Of a DNA stretch of 64,000 bases, positions 40,378 to 49,325 are shown in pieces. The notes under the pieces are model-generated. The model did no database searches, was not told the origin of the DNA, and was given only the letters and a program-made list of their open reading frames with translations. The stretch's first letter is position 1. Each line of letters starts with the position of its first letter. The stretch covers positions 1,600,001 to 1,664,000 of the forward strand of contig OY759729.1 of the NCBI GenBank assembly GCA_963662585.1, written 5' to 3'. Source of the DNA: Candidatus Cloacimonadales bacterium. Its GTDB lineage: Bacteria; Cloacimonadota; Cloacimonadia; Cloacimonadales; JAFGVF01. A program made the translations under genes and the position numbers.

Positions 40378-41439
40378 ATGAAAAATATTTTAGGCTTCAT
40401 TTTAGGTATTATCGTTTGTCTAATTATTGTAGAAGCTTTCGTAAGCAATAGCTTCGTAATGGAAAAATTTATTTATGTTTTTGATCAAGAAGTCGGAAGA
40501 ATATTTAGACCCAATAGCGAATATGTTAAATTCTGTGAAGGTTTTGGAATAGGTAGTGTAAATAAATACAGTTTTTTGAATAAAGAATATCCAATTGAAA
40601 AACCTGAAAACTCAATCAGAATCGCCTTATTAGGTGATTCTTTCGTCGAAAGCTTTCAAGTTTTCGATAGACACTACTTTGGTAGAGTTATGGAAAATAT
40701 TTTAAGAGAAAAATTAAAGCAACCTGTTGAGGTATTAAACTTTGGTAGAAGTGGTTTTGATCTTGGTGATTGTTATGTTCATTATAATACCTTTGTAAAA
40801 AAATTCAACCCTGATTATATTATTTATATATTTGGAGATGATGATTTTTCAACCAGAAACTCAGAGCCTTTTTTACCAATCGTAAAAATAGAAGATGATT
40901 CATTAAGTATTGAAAAACCACAATTCAGTTCCAAATACATAAAGAAAGTAAAAATAAAAGAACTAATTTTTAGTAATTGTGCTCTTATAAATAACTCACA
41001 AAAAAGTAAAAAACTTCTAAAAAAAGACTATATTTTTTCTCAACTTTTTGATAAACTCTATCCAAAAACAACTGAGACTGTCGAAAATACAGAAACTAAC
41101 ATCACTCCCAAAATTAATATAACCCCTAAGTTGGAGCTAATATTAAGTAACTTAGCTCAAAATAATGGCTACTTCTTTCTTAGAAGTAATATAGAATTGA
41201 GTAATAGTAAATTTACTTTTCACAATATTAATCAAATATTTGAAAATAAAGATTATAATCCTCATGAATGGAAAATAACCAAGACTTCAGGACATTGGAA
41301 TAATAGAGCTCATAAAGAGATAGGTGGATATTTGGCTAAAGAAATGGAAAGTATTATTCAAAAAAGAAAAATAGAAGCAATCCATCAGGAAGAATTATCA
41401 CAAGAGTTAGCTCGAATTAAGACAAATTTCACAAATTAA
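40378..41439 (+). CDS. Membrane-anchored SGNH/GDSL-like protein (AlgJ/PatB-like partner)
   Basis: N-terminal TM, RIALLGDSFVE, VLNFGRSG, GHWNNRAH; follows the MBOAT gene. Confidence 0.8.
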   Translation: MKNILGFILGIIVCLIIVEAFVSNSFVMEKFIYVFDQEVGRIFRPNSEYVKFCEGFGIGSVNKYSFLNKEYPIEKPENSIRIALLGDSFVESFQVFDRHYFGRVMENILREKLKQPVEVLNFGRSGFDLGDCYVHYNTFVKKFNPDYIIYIFGDDDFSTRNSEPFLPIVKIEDDSLSIEKPQFSSKYIKKVKIKELIFSNCALINNSQKSKKLLKKDYIFSQLFDKLYPKTTETVENTETNITPKINITPKLELILSNLAQNNGYFFLRSNIELSNSKFTFHNINQIFENKDYNPHEWKITKTSGHWNNRAHKEIGGYLAKEMESIIQKRKIEAIHQEELSQELARIKTNFTN

Positions 41440-41462
41440 GAAAACCTTAACACAAGAGTCTT

Positions 41463-41742
41463 ATATCACCAGCGGGGATTAATAGGTTAGCCCAGGGTAA
41501 AATCCTGACTTGTAAGGGCGAAGCTTAAGCGAAGATTCAAGGGATTACAACCCTGGTTTGTGATGTATATTAAAAGTGTAATCCTGTAAGGGTTTAATAA
41601 AAGCATGTATACCAGAGATTTATTATATAAATTTGATTAAACCCTTACAGGGTTATGTCCATAATTTTGGATATTGTACCTGGGGTGACGATCCCTATAG
41701 GATCTTACCCCAGGCTAATCTATTAATCCCTTTCAGGGATAT
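41463..41742. repeat. 280-bp nested palindromic REP/MITE-like element
   Basis: 38-bp imperfect terminal inverted repeats (41463-41500, 41705-41742) and 19-bp inner inverted repeats (41580-41598, 41636-41654). Confidence 0.7.
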
Positions 41743-41789
41743 TTTAATCATTACAATATTAACTAAACTGTTTCGTTATACATTCATCT

Positions 41790-41813
41790 TTCCACCAGAC
41801 TTGAATTTGAGCC
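41790..41813 (-). mobile_element. Solo copy of the 11551 MITE terminal repeat
   Basis: Reverse complement ggctcaaattcaagtctggtggaa is 22/24 identical to 11552-11575. Confidence 0.55.
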
Positions 41814-41867
41814 TAAAAGAAAGGCGGACAGAATGTCCACCGACCGACAGAAGAGGTATTTTTAAGC

Positions 41868-41897
41868 AAAAACAAAGGCTAACCTAAGGGTCAGCCT
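41868..41897 (-). terminator. Intrinsic terminator after kamA
   Basis: Minus-strand aggctgacc-ctta-ggttagcct followed by ttgttttt. Confidence 0.65.
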
Positions 41898-41924
41898 CAT
41901 TATTATCTTAGCAATTAAGTAAGC

Positions 41925-43169
41925 TTAATTGTGTCTTTTATTTCTTTTTGTGTCTGCAGGTCCAATAGAGATTTTTTCGCCTCTAAGCAAACTCATAACA
42001 CCTTCAGTAGATTTTCTTTCTTCTGAAACAAGTTGGCAGTAATCGCTATCATTCTGTTCCTTATATTCAGGTTCAGTATAAGTAGTAATAAAGCCTTCAT
42101 AGTTTCTGAGAATTGTTCTTCCAGGCATTTGAGAAACAATATAGTTTGGAAGAACAGGTATCTTACCACCACCACCTGGTGCATCAACAACATAAGTTGG
42201 GATACATAAACCAGAAGTGTGGCCTCTAAGTGATTCCATAATCTCAATACCTTTTGAAATAGGTGTTCTGAAATGAGAAATACCTTCTGAAAGATCACAT
42301 TGATAGATGTAGTAAGGTCTTACTCTATTCTTAACAAGAGTATGCACTAATTTCTTCATAACATCAACATGGTCATTAATACCTTTTAGGAGTACAGATT
42401 GGTTTCCTAGGACAACACCAGCATTAGCTAATTTTGCTAAAGCTTTCTGTGATTCAGGTGTCATTTCATTTGGATGATTAAAATGAGTGTTTAACCAGAT
42501 CATAGGATACTTTTTAAGCATAGCAATTAATTCATCATCAATTCTCTGAGGAAGCACAACAGGTATTCTAGAACCAATTCTAATGATATCAACATGGTCA
42601 ATAGCAGCGATTTCAGAAATAACTTCTTCTAATCTAGCTGTTGAGAGTGTTAAAGGATCTCCACCCGAAAGAATAACATCTCTAACTTCTTTAGTATTTC
42701 GGATGTATTCAATAGCCTTGGAAACATTATCTTTAGGCATGGGAGCATCATGCTCTCCTGCTTTTCTTCTTCTGGTACAATGACGGCAATACATTGAGCA
42801 TTGGTCAGTGAGAAGAAGTAAGGTCCTATCAGGATATCTATGAGTTAAACCCGGAGTTGGAGAATCAGTATCTTCATGCAATGGATCGTCCATGTCGGTC
42901 GTAACTAATTTTGATTCTTGAATCTTGGGAATAGCCTGCATTCTAACAGGATCATTAGGATTATTTTGATCAATAATCGATAAGTAATAAGGGGTAATTG
43001 CCATTCTAAATGGGAAATTATCACCTGCAAAAACTGCTTCCTCATCAGGGGTAAGTTTTATATATTTCTTCAAGCCTTCATGGCTAGTAATTCTATTCTT
43101 CAATTGCCAATGCCAGTCATTCCACTGTTCTTCTGTAGCAATTGTTTTAATATCTATAAGTTCGGACAT
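41925..43169 (-). CDS. kamA: Lysine 2,3-aminomutase (radical SAM, PLP)
   Basis: WNDWHWQLKN, THRYPDR, CSMYCRHCTR (CxxxCxxC), SGGDPL, HFNHP, DAPGGGGK (PLP lysine). Confidence 0.96.
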   Translation of the reverse strand: MSELIDIKTIATEEQWNDWHWQLKNRITSHEGLKKYIKLTPDEEAVFAGDNFPFRMAITPYYLSIIDQNNPNDPVRMQAIPKIQESKLVTTDMDDPLHEDTDSPTPGLTHRYPDRTLLLLTDQCSMYCRHCTRRRKAGEHDAPMPKDNVSKAIEYIRNTKEVRDVILSGGDPLTLSTARLEEVISEIAAIDHVDIIRIGSRIPVVLPQRIDDELIAMLKKYPMIWLNTHFNHPNEMTPESQKALAKLANAGVVLGNQSVLLKGINDHVDVMKKLVHTLVKNRVRPYYIYQCDLSEGISHFRTPISKGIEIMESLRGHTSGLCIPTYVVDAPGGGGKIPVLPNYIVSQMPGRTILRNYEGFITTYTEPEYKEQNDSDYCQLVSEERKSTEGVMSLLRGEKISIGPADTKRNKRHN

Positions 43170-43183
43170 TCACCCTCCCTTGG

Positions 43184-44245
43184 TTAGTCAGTGTATCTTT
43201 GTTTAAATAACTCCATTAAGTAAGAGTTGCGTTTTAATAAATCAATTGAAATCATAGCGTGATTATGAGCATAACCATTACCAAGAATCATATCGACATC
43301 AGCACCGATACCCTCAGCACCAAGAGCTGCTTTTGTGAATGAAGTAGCCATTGAGAAGAAATATACTGTACCACGATCTTTACATGCCATAATTGTGGAC
43401 ATCTCAGAATTATCGACATTCACCACATTAATTACTAAGTCAGCCATTTTGCCGTCAGTTGCTTTATGCACGATTTCTTCAACTTGAATTGCATTAGTAG
43501 CATCACCGATGAAAACTTCATTACAACCTGATTTTAAGGCAGCTTCAATAGATCTTTCATTATGAACAATACCAATAACTTTTCCAGAAATACCAACTCT
43601 TTCACGGCTAACAGCATTACATAAAACACCTGATTTTCCGCCAGCACCAAGAACAACTACGGTATCACCTACTTTAGCTAATCTCTCAACTTGTGCAGGA
43701 GCACCAGCTACATCAAGAACTGATAATGCTAAATTAATATCCATATCATCTGGTAATTTTGCATAGATTCCTGATGAGAAAAGAATTGCTTGGCCTTCTA
43801 ATTCAACTTGATCTTTCTCTAAGATAACTTTTTTGATTTTCTTAACTTTTAAAGGAGTAAGGGATAAAGAGACTAAAGTAGCTATTAAATCACCCTCTTT
43901 AACTTCTTCTTTCATTTCAAAATTAGGGCCAATCTTAGCGATTCTACCGATAAGCATTCCGCCAGAACCAGTATCTTCATTCTTGTGTTTTCCAGTTCTT
44001 TCTGTTAAATCTATAACATGATTAGCAAAAGCTTGAGCTAAATCTTCTTTATGTCCTTGATTGATTAACTTATTTTTAATTTGATGAAATGATGCAGAGT
44101 CAATATTTAATCTTATCACATCTATAAGCATCTCGTTGTCCCAAATCTCTGTCATATCATTATCCACAACTCTTGCAGGTTGCGGTAAAACACCCTTAGG
44201 TTCAATTACTCTATGAGTTCCATAGCGGTTTCCATTAGTTTTCAT
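43184..44245 (-). CDS. kdd: L-erythro-3,5-diaminohexanoate dehydrogenase
   Basis: YGTHRVIEPKGVLPQPA, LNIDSASF, TGSGGMLIG, ATLVSLSLTPL, LDVAGAPAQ, FFSMATSF, GNGY; adjacent to kamA. Confidence 0.93.
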   Translation of the reverse strand: MKTNGNRYGTHRVIEPKGVLPQPARVVDNDMTEIWDNEMLIDVIRLNIDSASFHQIKNKLINQGHKEDLAQAFANHVIDLTERTGKHKNEDTGSGGMLIGRIAKIGPNFEMKEEVKEGDLIATLVSLSLTPLKVKKIKKVILEKDQVELEGQAILFSSGIYAKLPDDMDINLALSVLDVAGAPAQVERLAKVGDTVVVLGAGGKSGVLCNAVSRERVGISGKVIGIVHNERSIEAALKSGCNEVFIGDATNAIQVEEIVHKATDGKMADLVINVVNVDNSEMSTIMACKDRGTVYFFSMATSFTKAALGAEGIGADVDMILGNGYAHNHAMISIDLLKRNSYLMELFKQRYTD

Positions 44246-44533
44246 ATTTCCTCCATCATTAATTAATTTCTATATTTACTTTTAACAATAATCTATAAAG
44301 TTACTAATTTATACCATAAAAAAATTATTCTAAAGATAGTCAATATAAAAATCTTGATTCTCTTAGAAGTTGGAAAGAGACTCTTCAACCATCATTCTAC
44401 CTCTTCAAACAACTTATCTAGAGAAAAAGAAATTATTATGCATATTCGTGGGCTTTTCTGGACATTTCAATCCCTATATCAGTGTGAAGTTATCATTTAC
44501 GAACATAAAGTCTGCCTCTAATAGTAATATTAT

Positions 44534-44563
44534 AAAAATAGGGTAAGACTTAAGTTACCCTAT
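44534..44563 (-). terminator. Probable intrinsic terminator
   Basis: atagggtaa / ttaccctat inverted repeat followed by a T-run on the minus strand, downstream of the 44602 gene. Confidence 0.55.
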
Positions 44564-44601
44564 AAAATATACCAGTGGTGTCGCTCAAGCAAAACTTTAT
44601 C

Positions 44602-46932
44602 CTATTTCATCAACATGACCTTTTTTACTGCTATATTTGTTCCAGATTGAATTTTTACAAAATAAATTCCAGAAGCTACCCTACTTCCTTTATCGTTTGC
44701 TCCATCCCACATTATACTGTTTTCTCCTTTTCTGAACACTTCCTTAGCTATCGATCTTATCTTTTGTCCTCTAATATTATAGATTCCAATACTGACTTTA
44801 GAAGTTTCAGGGTTGTTAAAACTAATGGTGGTGGTTGGGTTAAATGGATTAGGAAAAACATTAACCTGTAATTTGTTCATAATATTATATTCATCCACTT
44901 CATTACTAACAGGGGGAGCTCCAAACTCATAGGCCCCAATATCTACCCTATTATTCCATACTCTTTGGTTTCCTAAGAGGTCTGTTTGAGGTAAGGTTAC
45001 TGCCAATAAATCAGGATTACCTGCATCAATACAAGGAGAACCTGACGCAAGACTATAATAAAGGTCTTCATCATTTCCCTGAGTAAATAAGGGGTCAATA
45101 TCCAAATTTGTATCTAAATAATTTACAGTATTGCCATAGGGAATTATTATATTCCCTATTCCTCCCTCAAACAAAGAATAGTCAATAGTTAAAATAGATT
45201 CAAAATCTTCGTTTAGTTTTATTTGGTAAGGGCTATCATTATTATAAAAGATTGAATTTGTAAGATTAATTTCACCCCATACTTCAATAACTTCATGATT
45301 ACTTGAGTTATCTGAAAATGTACAATTAATAATATCTATTGGGGAATTTTCATCTGATCCAGCACCAATAATATCAAAATTTATTGTACTCAGACCTGTA
45401 AACTGACAGTTAGTTAGACTATATGAATTATTACTATTATCTAGACCTGGCTGATAACCCAAATTTATTAACCTTGTGTCGTCATCCATTACTGTCAAAT
45501 TTCTAAATATGCAGTTTTCAAATTCTATTGCACCGTGAACATAAATATTAAACAATGGCTTTGCCCAGGCATCACTATGTTCATATGTGGAAGTTGCATT
45601 CTGAAAGATGCAATTCTTAAATATCCCAGATGTTGTTCTCCAAAAATGAACAAAACCACCATTATCAGTTTCGAAGTCTTCCATGATAACATTTGTCATA
45701 TTTATGTTTATGGCATCAGCTAAACCAATTATGGCGGAAGGACCAGGCTGAAAATCGTGAATCCTCAAATTTTTAAAGCCAAAATCTGATTCAAAAAACC
45801 CCTGGAAAGCTTGAGTATAGTTCATACTTTCAAAAGTTAAATCCATGTCTTCAATATTGTAGTTACTTTGGTTTCGAGAAAAGAAGATGGGATATAAATC
45901 ATCTAAAGACTCCACACATCTATCCCCAATAATATAAGTTTCATCTCTACCACTTCCCTTAACTGTTATATTGCTTTTAAGAGAAATAGGATAAAATTGA
46001 TTATTCTCTTCTGTGGAGTAGGTTCCAGCCAGTAAATGAACAGTTTTAGGTGCTAAGCTATCTGAAGCAATATAATAAACAGCTTTCTGAATTGTTTTCA
46101 TGGCAGTTTCTGGAGTCAGTCCATCATTATCATCATCACCTGTGGGGGATACATATAAATCGTGATTAATTGTTTCATGTTCAGCAGTTAAGCTATGTAC
46201 TGTTATAGTATGGTTAAGATCATACCTATTAATAATATCTGAATAATAATGCGAGTTATCGTTCGTAGATGTTTTATCCAAGTGAATAACAACATCAAGT
46301 GTTACACTATATGCATAAAGGTCTTGTGCCCAAGCAGCTCTGTTATTATACACTGAATTTCTATTGTCCATATCAAAACTAATTGGTTGCATTATTGACT
46401 CCCCAGCAAGACAAACTCCACCTCCACTATAAGCTGAATTATCAAAAATATTACAACCTTCCATATTTACTGGACCTCTATAAACATAAACTCCTCCACC
46501 CTCCGAAGCGTAATTATTGTAGATTTTACAATTAATTAATGAACCTGTAGATCGGTTCTTAAAATAAACTCCTCCTCCGTAGGTATCTTCTCCATTAGTA
46601 ATGGAAAAGCCTCTAATCATAATATTTTCAACTTCGCTAAAGACTGTGATAACACTATTAACCCCTGCTCCATCAATTATTGTTGAATCGATATAGCTTT
46701 GATTATTGGTGATTGCTTCCAAACTTATTAAGGAAATATTATCGGTTCTAAAATTGATTATTTCAGTATAATATCCTGGATGAACCAATATTGTGTCTCC
46801 TTCGACAGCTTCATTTACTGCTGTAAAGATAGAAGTATAATCACCAGTATTATCCAACGAAACATTTTTTATCACACTGTTCAGATTTATTCCTATACTA
46901 AAAGCTAATATAATAAGTAATATTTTCCTCAT
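44602..46932 (-). CDS. Secreted right-handed beta-helix (DUF1565-like) protein with T9SS-like/FlgD-Ig C-terminal domain
   Basis: Signal MRKILLII (ATG 46932, AGGAG RBS), GGGVY repeats, LYVSPTGDDDNDG, SPCIDAG, DIGAYE, FPNPFNPTTTISF...SGIYFVKI...KKVMLMK. Confidence 0.85.
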   Translation of the reverse strand: MRKILLIILAFSIGINLNSVIKNVSLDNTGDYTSIFTAVNEAVEGDTILVHPGYYTEIINFRTDNISLISLEAITNNQSYIDSTIIDGAGVNSVITVFSEVENIMIRGFSITNGEDTYGGGVYFKNRSTGSLINCKIYNNYASEGGGVYVYRGPVNMEGCNIFDNSAYSGGGVCLAGESIMQPISFDMDNRNSVYNNRAAWAQDLYAYSVTLDVVIHLDKTSTNDNSHYYSDIINRYDLNHTITVHSLTAEHETINHDLYVSPTGDDDNDGLTPETAMKTIQKAVYYIASDSLAPKTVHLLAGTYSTEENNQFYPISLKSNITVKGSGRDETYIIGDRCVESLDDLYPIFFSRNQSNYNIEDMDLTFESMNYTQAFQGFFESDFGFKNLRIHDFQPGPSAIIGLADAININMTNVIMEDFETDNGGFVHFWRTTSGIFKNCIFQNATSTYEHSDAWAKPLFNIYVHGAIEFENCIFRNLTVMDDDTRLINLGYQPGLDNSNNSYSLTNCQFTGLSTINFDIIGAGSDENSPIDIINCTFSDNSSNHEVIEVWGEINLTNSIFYNNDSPYQIKLNEDFESILTIDYSLFEGGIGNIIIPYGNTVNYLDTNLDIDPLFTQGNDEDLYYSLASGSPCIDAGNPDLLAVTLPQTDLLGNQRVWNNRVDIGAYEFGAPPVSNEVDEYNIMNKLQVNVFPNPFNPTTTISFNNPETSKVSIGIYNIRGQKIRSIAKEVFRKGENSIMWDGANDKGSRVASGIYFVKIQSGTNIAVKKVMLMK

Positions 46933-46953
46933 CTCTTCTCCTATAAAATTCAT

Positions 46954-46985
46954 AAGAAGAGGAGGAGGTCCTCCTCTTCTTTTAT
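46954..46985. terminator. Strong hairpin between the relic and the beta-helix gene
   Basis: aagaagaggagg-aggt-cctcctcttctt perfect inverted repeat; function (terminator or translation control) uncertain. Confidence 0.45.
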
Positions 46986-46995
46986 TATTCTATTT

Positions 46996-47195
46996 TTAAA
47001 TAATTATTTTTATAACATGGCTTCTATTTCCATCTTTAACTTTGAGGATGTATATGTCTAACGGATAATCTAAATTTAGAATCCGAGTAAGTCCATTTTT
47101 TTGATTAAATTAATTTTCGAGTGAACTAATCTACCTCGAAGATCATAAAAAGACAGGTTAATCAAAGAAGATTTCACACTCTGACAATTTACTTT
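46996..47195 (-). pseudogene. Frameshifted remnant of a C-terminal sorting domain
   Basis: Manual translation gives INLSFYDLRGRLVHSK, a frameshift near an A7 run, then NGLTRILNLDYPLDIYILKVKDGNRSHVIKIII-stop; no start codon. Confidence 0.6.
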
Positions 47196-47404
47196 TCAAC
47201 ATAAATCATCATGATTCAAAGTTATGCAATTTGCAAACCTATATCAATAACTTTTTAGAATCTTTAATATTTCAAGATATACAATCAATAACTTAGTTAC
47301 AAATCCATGATAAATAAGTTCAAACTCAACTCTTCTAAAAAATTCCTTTACAACAAAAGAGCTAAATTTGATAAGTGAGTAAAGAAGATGAAAAATAGGT
47401 AAAT

Positions 47405-48478
47405 ATGGATAAAAGAAGAGATAAATTAAGGACTAAGACTACAGAAAGGAAGTTCAAAAACATTGATATTGATAATATTGATGACTTTTTGGATGAAGAT
47501 TATAGTCATGAGAAGAAAGCCATTAGTAGAGGTCAGAATAGGAACAAAAAAACTCTTAAGAGAGATGTTGAACTTGAAGAAGGTTTAATCACAGCGATTA
47601 TGACCAATAATATGTTCAAAATCAGACTTAAAGGGGAAGAAGTTCTTGCCCTTTTAGGTGGAAGACTCAAACAATTTATGTTCAATCAAAGACGCGTAAT
47701 GGCTGTTGGAGATAAGGTAAAACTCGATATTTCTCAGGGAACACCCTATCGAATTGAAGAGCTTATTGATCGCAAAAACAAGTTAATGAGATATTCTGAA
47801 GGTAGCTACCAGAAAGAGATTCTTATTGCTAGTAATATGGATTATGCTATTATCACAGTATCTTGTGTCCTTCCTATGCTAAAATTAGGAATGATAGATA
47901 GATTTATTATTCAATGTGCTATTGACAACATAGAACCGGTGATTTGTGTTAATAAGATAGATTTGGTGGATGACTTAGATTACTACCAAGAGATGCTTAC
48001 CTATTATGTGGAAAGTGGTTATAAAGTATTCTTTGTGTCTGCTACCACAGGTGCTGGTCTTGATAAACTTAAAGAGCTTCTAACAGATAAAATTTCCGTC
48101 TTCTCAGGTCAATCAGGAGTAGGAAAAAGCTCTGTAATTAATGCTTTGATGCCAAGTTTAGACCTTAAAGTAGGAGAAATTAGTAACTTTAATGAAAAAG
48201 GAAGACACACTACAACAAATTCTAAACTCTTGGAGTGGGAGTTTGGTGGTTTTTTAGTTGATACTCCTGGTATTAAAACTTTAGCTCTAAAGCGAGACAA
48301 TGTAAGCTTAGTCTATAATAAATTCCCTGGATTTGATAGATTCTCTTGTTATTTTAACAACTGTACCCATACTCATGAAGACAATTGTGGAGTATTAGAT
48401 GCTGTAGATAGAGGAGAAATACCTCTTAAAGTTTATGAATCATATTTAAGAATAACTGAATCGGTGAATTATGAATAA
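47405..48478 (+). CDS. rsgA: Ribosome small subunit-dependent GTPase A
   Basis: AVGD.V, NKID, GQSGVGKSS, GRHTTT, DTPG, C-terminal C.FNNCTHTHEDNC zinc site. Confidence 0.95.
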   Translation: MDKRRDKLRTKTTERKFKNIDIDNIDDFLDEDYSHEKKAISRGQNRNKKTLKRDVELEEGLITAIMTNNMFKIRLKGEEVLALLGGRLKQFMFNQRRVMAVGDKVKLDISQGTPYRIEELIDRKNKLMRYSEGSYQKEILIASNMDYAIITVSCVLPMLKLGMIDRFIIQCAIDNIEPVICVNKIDLVDDLDYYQEMLTYYVESGYKVFFVSATTGAGLDKLKELLTDKISVFSGQSGVGKSSVINALMPSLDLKVGEISNFNEKGRHTTTNSKLLEWEFGGFLVDTPGIKTLALKRDNVSLVYNKFPGFDRFSCYFNNCTHTHEDNCGVLDAVDRGEIPLKVYESYLRITESVNYE

Positions 48479-49325
48479 ATTTGGAATTTTTATCCATACA
48501 GAATATTATGATAAGCAGAAACAGAGTGAGCTTATCCAGAAACTATATGACAATTATGATATTGAATTTTATGGATTTGATGATCAGTTAGAGATTTTAC
48601 CAGACTTTGTTAAACCCTATCATATTGGCAAAAATATCACTCTTAACTCTATCTTAGTTTTTGGCGGTGATGGTACTATTTTAAGAGCAAAGAAATATGC
48701 TCTCCTCACAAAAGCTCCCCTGCTTGGAATTAATATCGGCAAGTTAGGCTTTCTATCTGAAACAAAGCCTGAATTATTAGAAAAATCTATACAGCTTTTA
48801 ATAAACAATAAGTACAAGATTCAATCAAGGTTATTATTAGATATCAAAGTTTTTCGCGATAATAAGTTAATTTATCGTGATTTAGCCCTTAATGATGTTG
48901 TTCTTTTTAGAGCTAACACTCCTAAAATGATTGAAGTAAAAATCAAAACTAATGATAGGTTAATCTACACAACAAGATGCGATGGATTAGTTGCTTCAAC
49001 GCCTACCGGTTCTACTGCTTATTCTCTCTCAGGAGGAGGACCAATTCTAGACCCTCTAATGGAAGCCATAGTATTTTGTCCGTTAAACCCTCATATTCTT
49101 TCCATTCGACCTATAGTTTTTTCAGCCAAAGACTTGCTTTCTTTTGAGCTAATTAGCTGTCACGACCAACCTCTTCTTCAAGTAGATGGGGTAAATGTTA
49201 TTTCCTTACTTGCCGGAGATACAATAAAGATAATTGGAGCGACTAAAAAAGTAAATTTCATTAAGCTATCAAATAAAACTTTCTATCAGATTATGCGTAA
49301 AAAGATGCACATGGGGAGAATATGA
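48471..49325 (+). CDS. nadK: NAD(+) kinase
   Basis: GGDGTIL, GINIGKLGFL, ALND, DGLVASTPTGSTAYSLSGGGP. Confidence 0.95.
   Translation: MNKFGIFIHTEYYDKQKQSELIQKLYDNYDIEFYGFDDQLEILPDFVKPYHIGKNITLNSILVFGGDGTILRAKKYALLTKAPLLGINIGKLGFLSETKPELLEKSIQLLINNKYKIQSRLLLDIKVFRDNKLIYRDLALNDVVLFRANTPKMIEVKIKTNDRLIYTTRCDGLVASTPTGSTAYSLSGGGPILDPLMEAIVFCPLNPHILSIRPIVFSAKDLLSFELISCHDQPLLQVDGVNVISLLAGDTIKIIGATKKVNFIKLSNKTFYQIMRKKMHMGRI

Noticed and set aside
41633..41887. 84-aa ORF
   Set aside because: TTG start without RBS, lies across a palindromic repeat and a MITE end, no protein motif.
44246..44520. Lysine riboswitch upstream of kdd-kamA
   Set aside because: Only a tagaggc fragment matches; the conserved GAAAGG, GCCGAA and CUGUC elements were not found. 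An Rfam scan would settle it.
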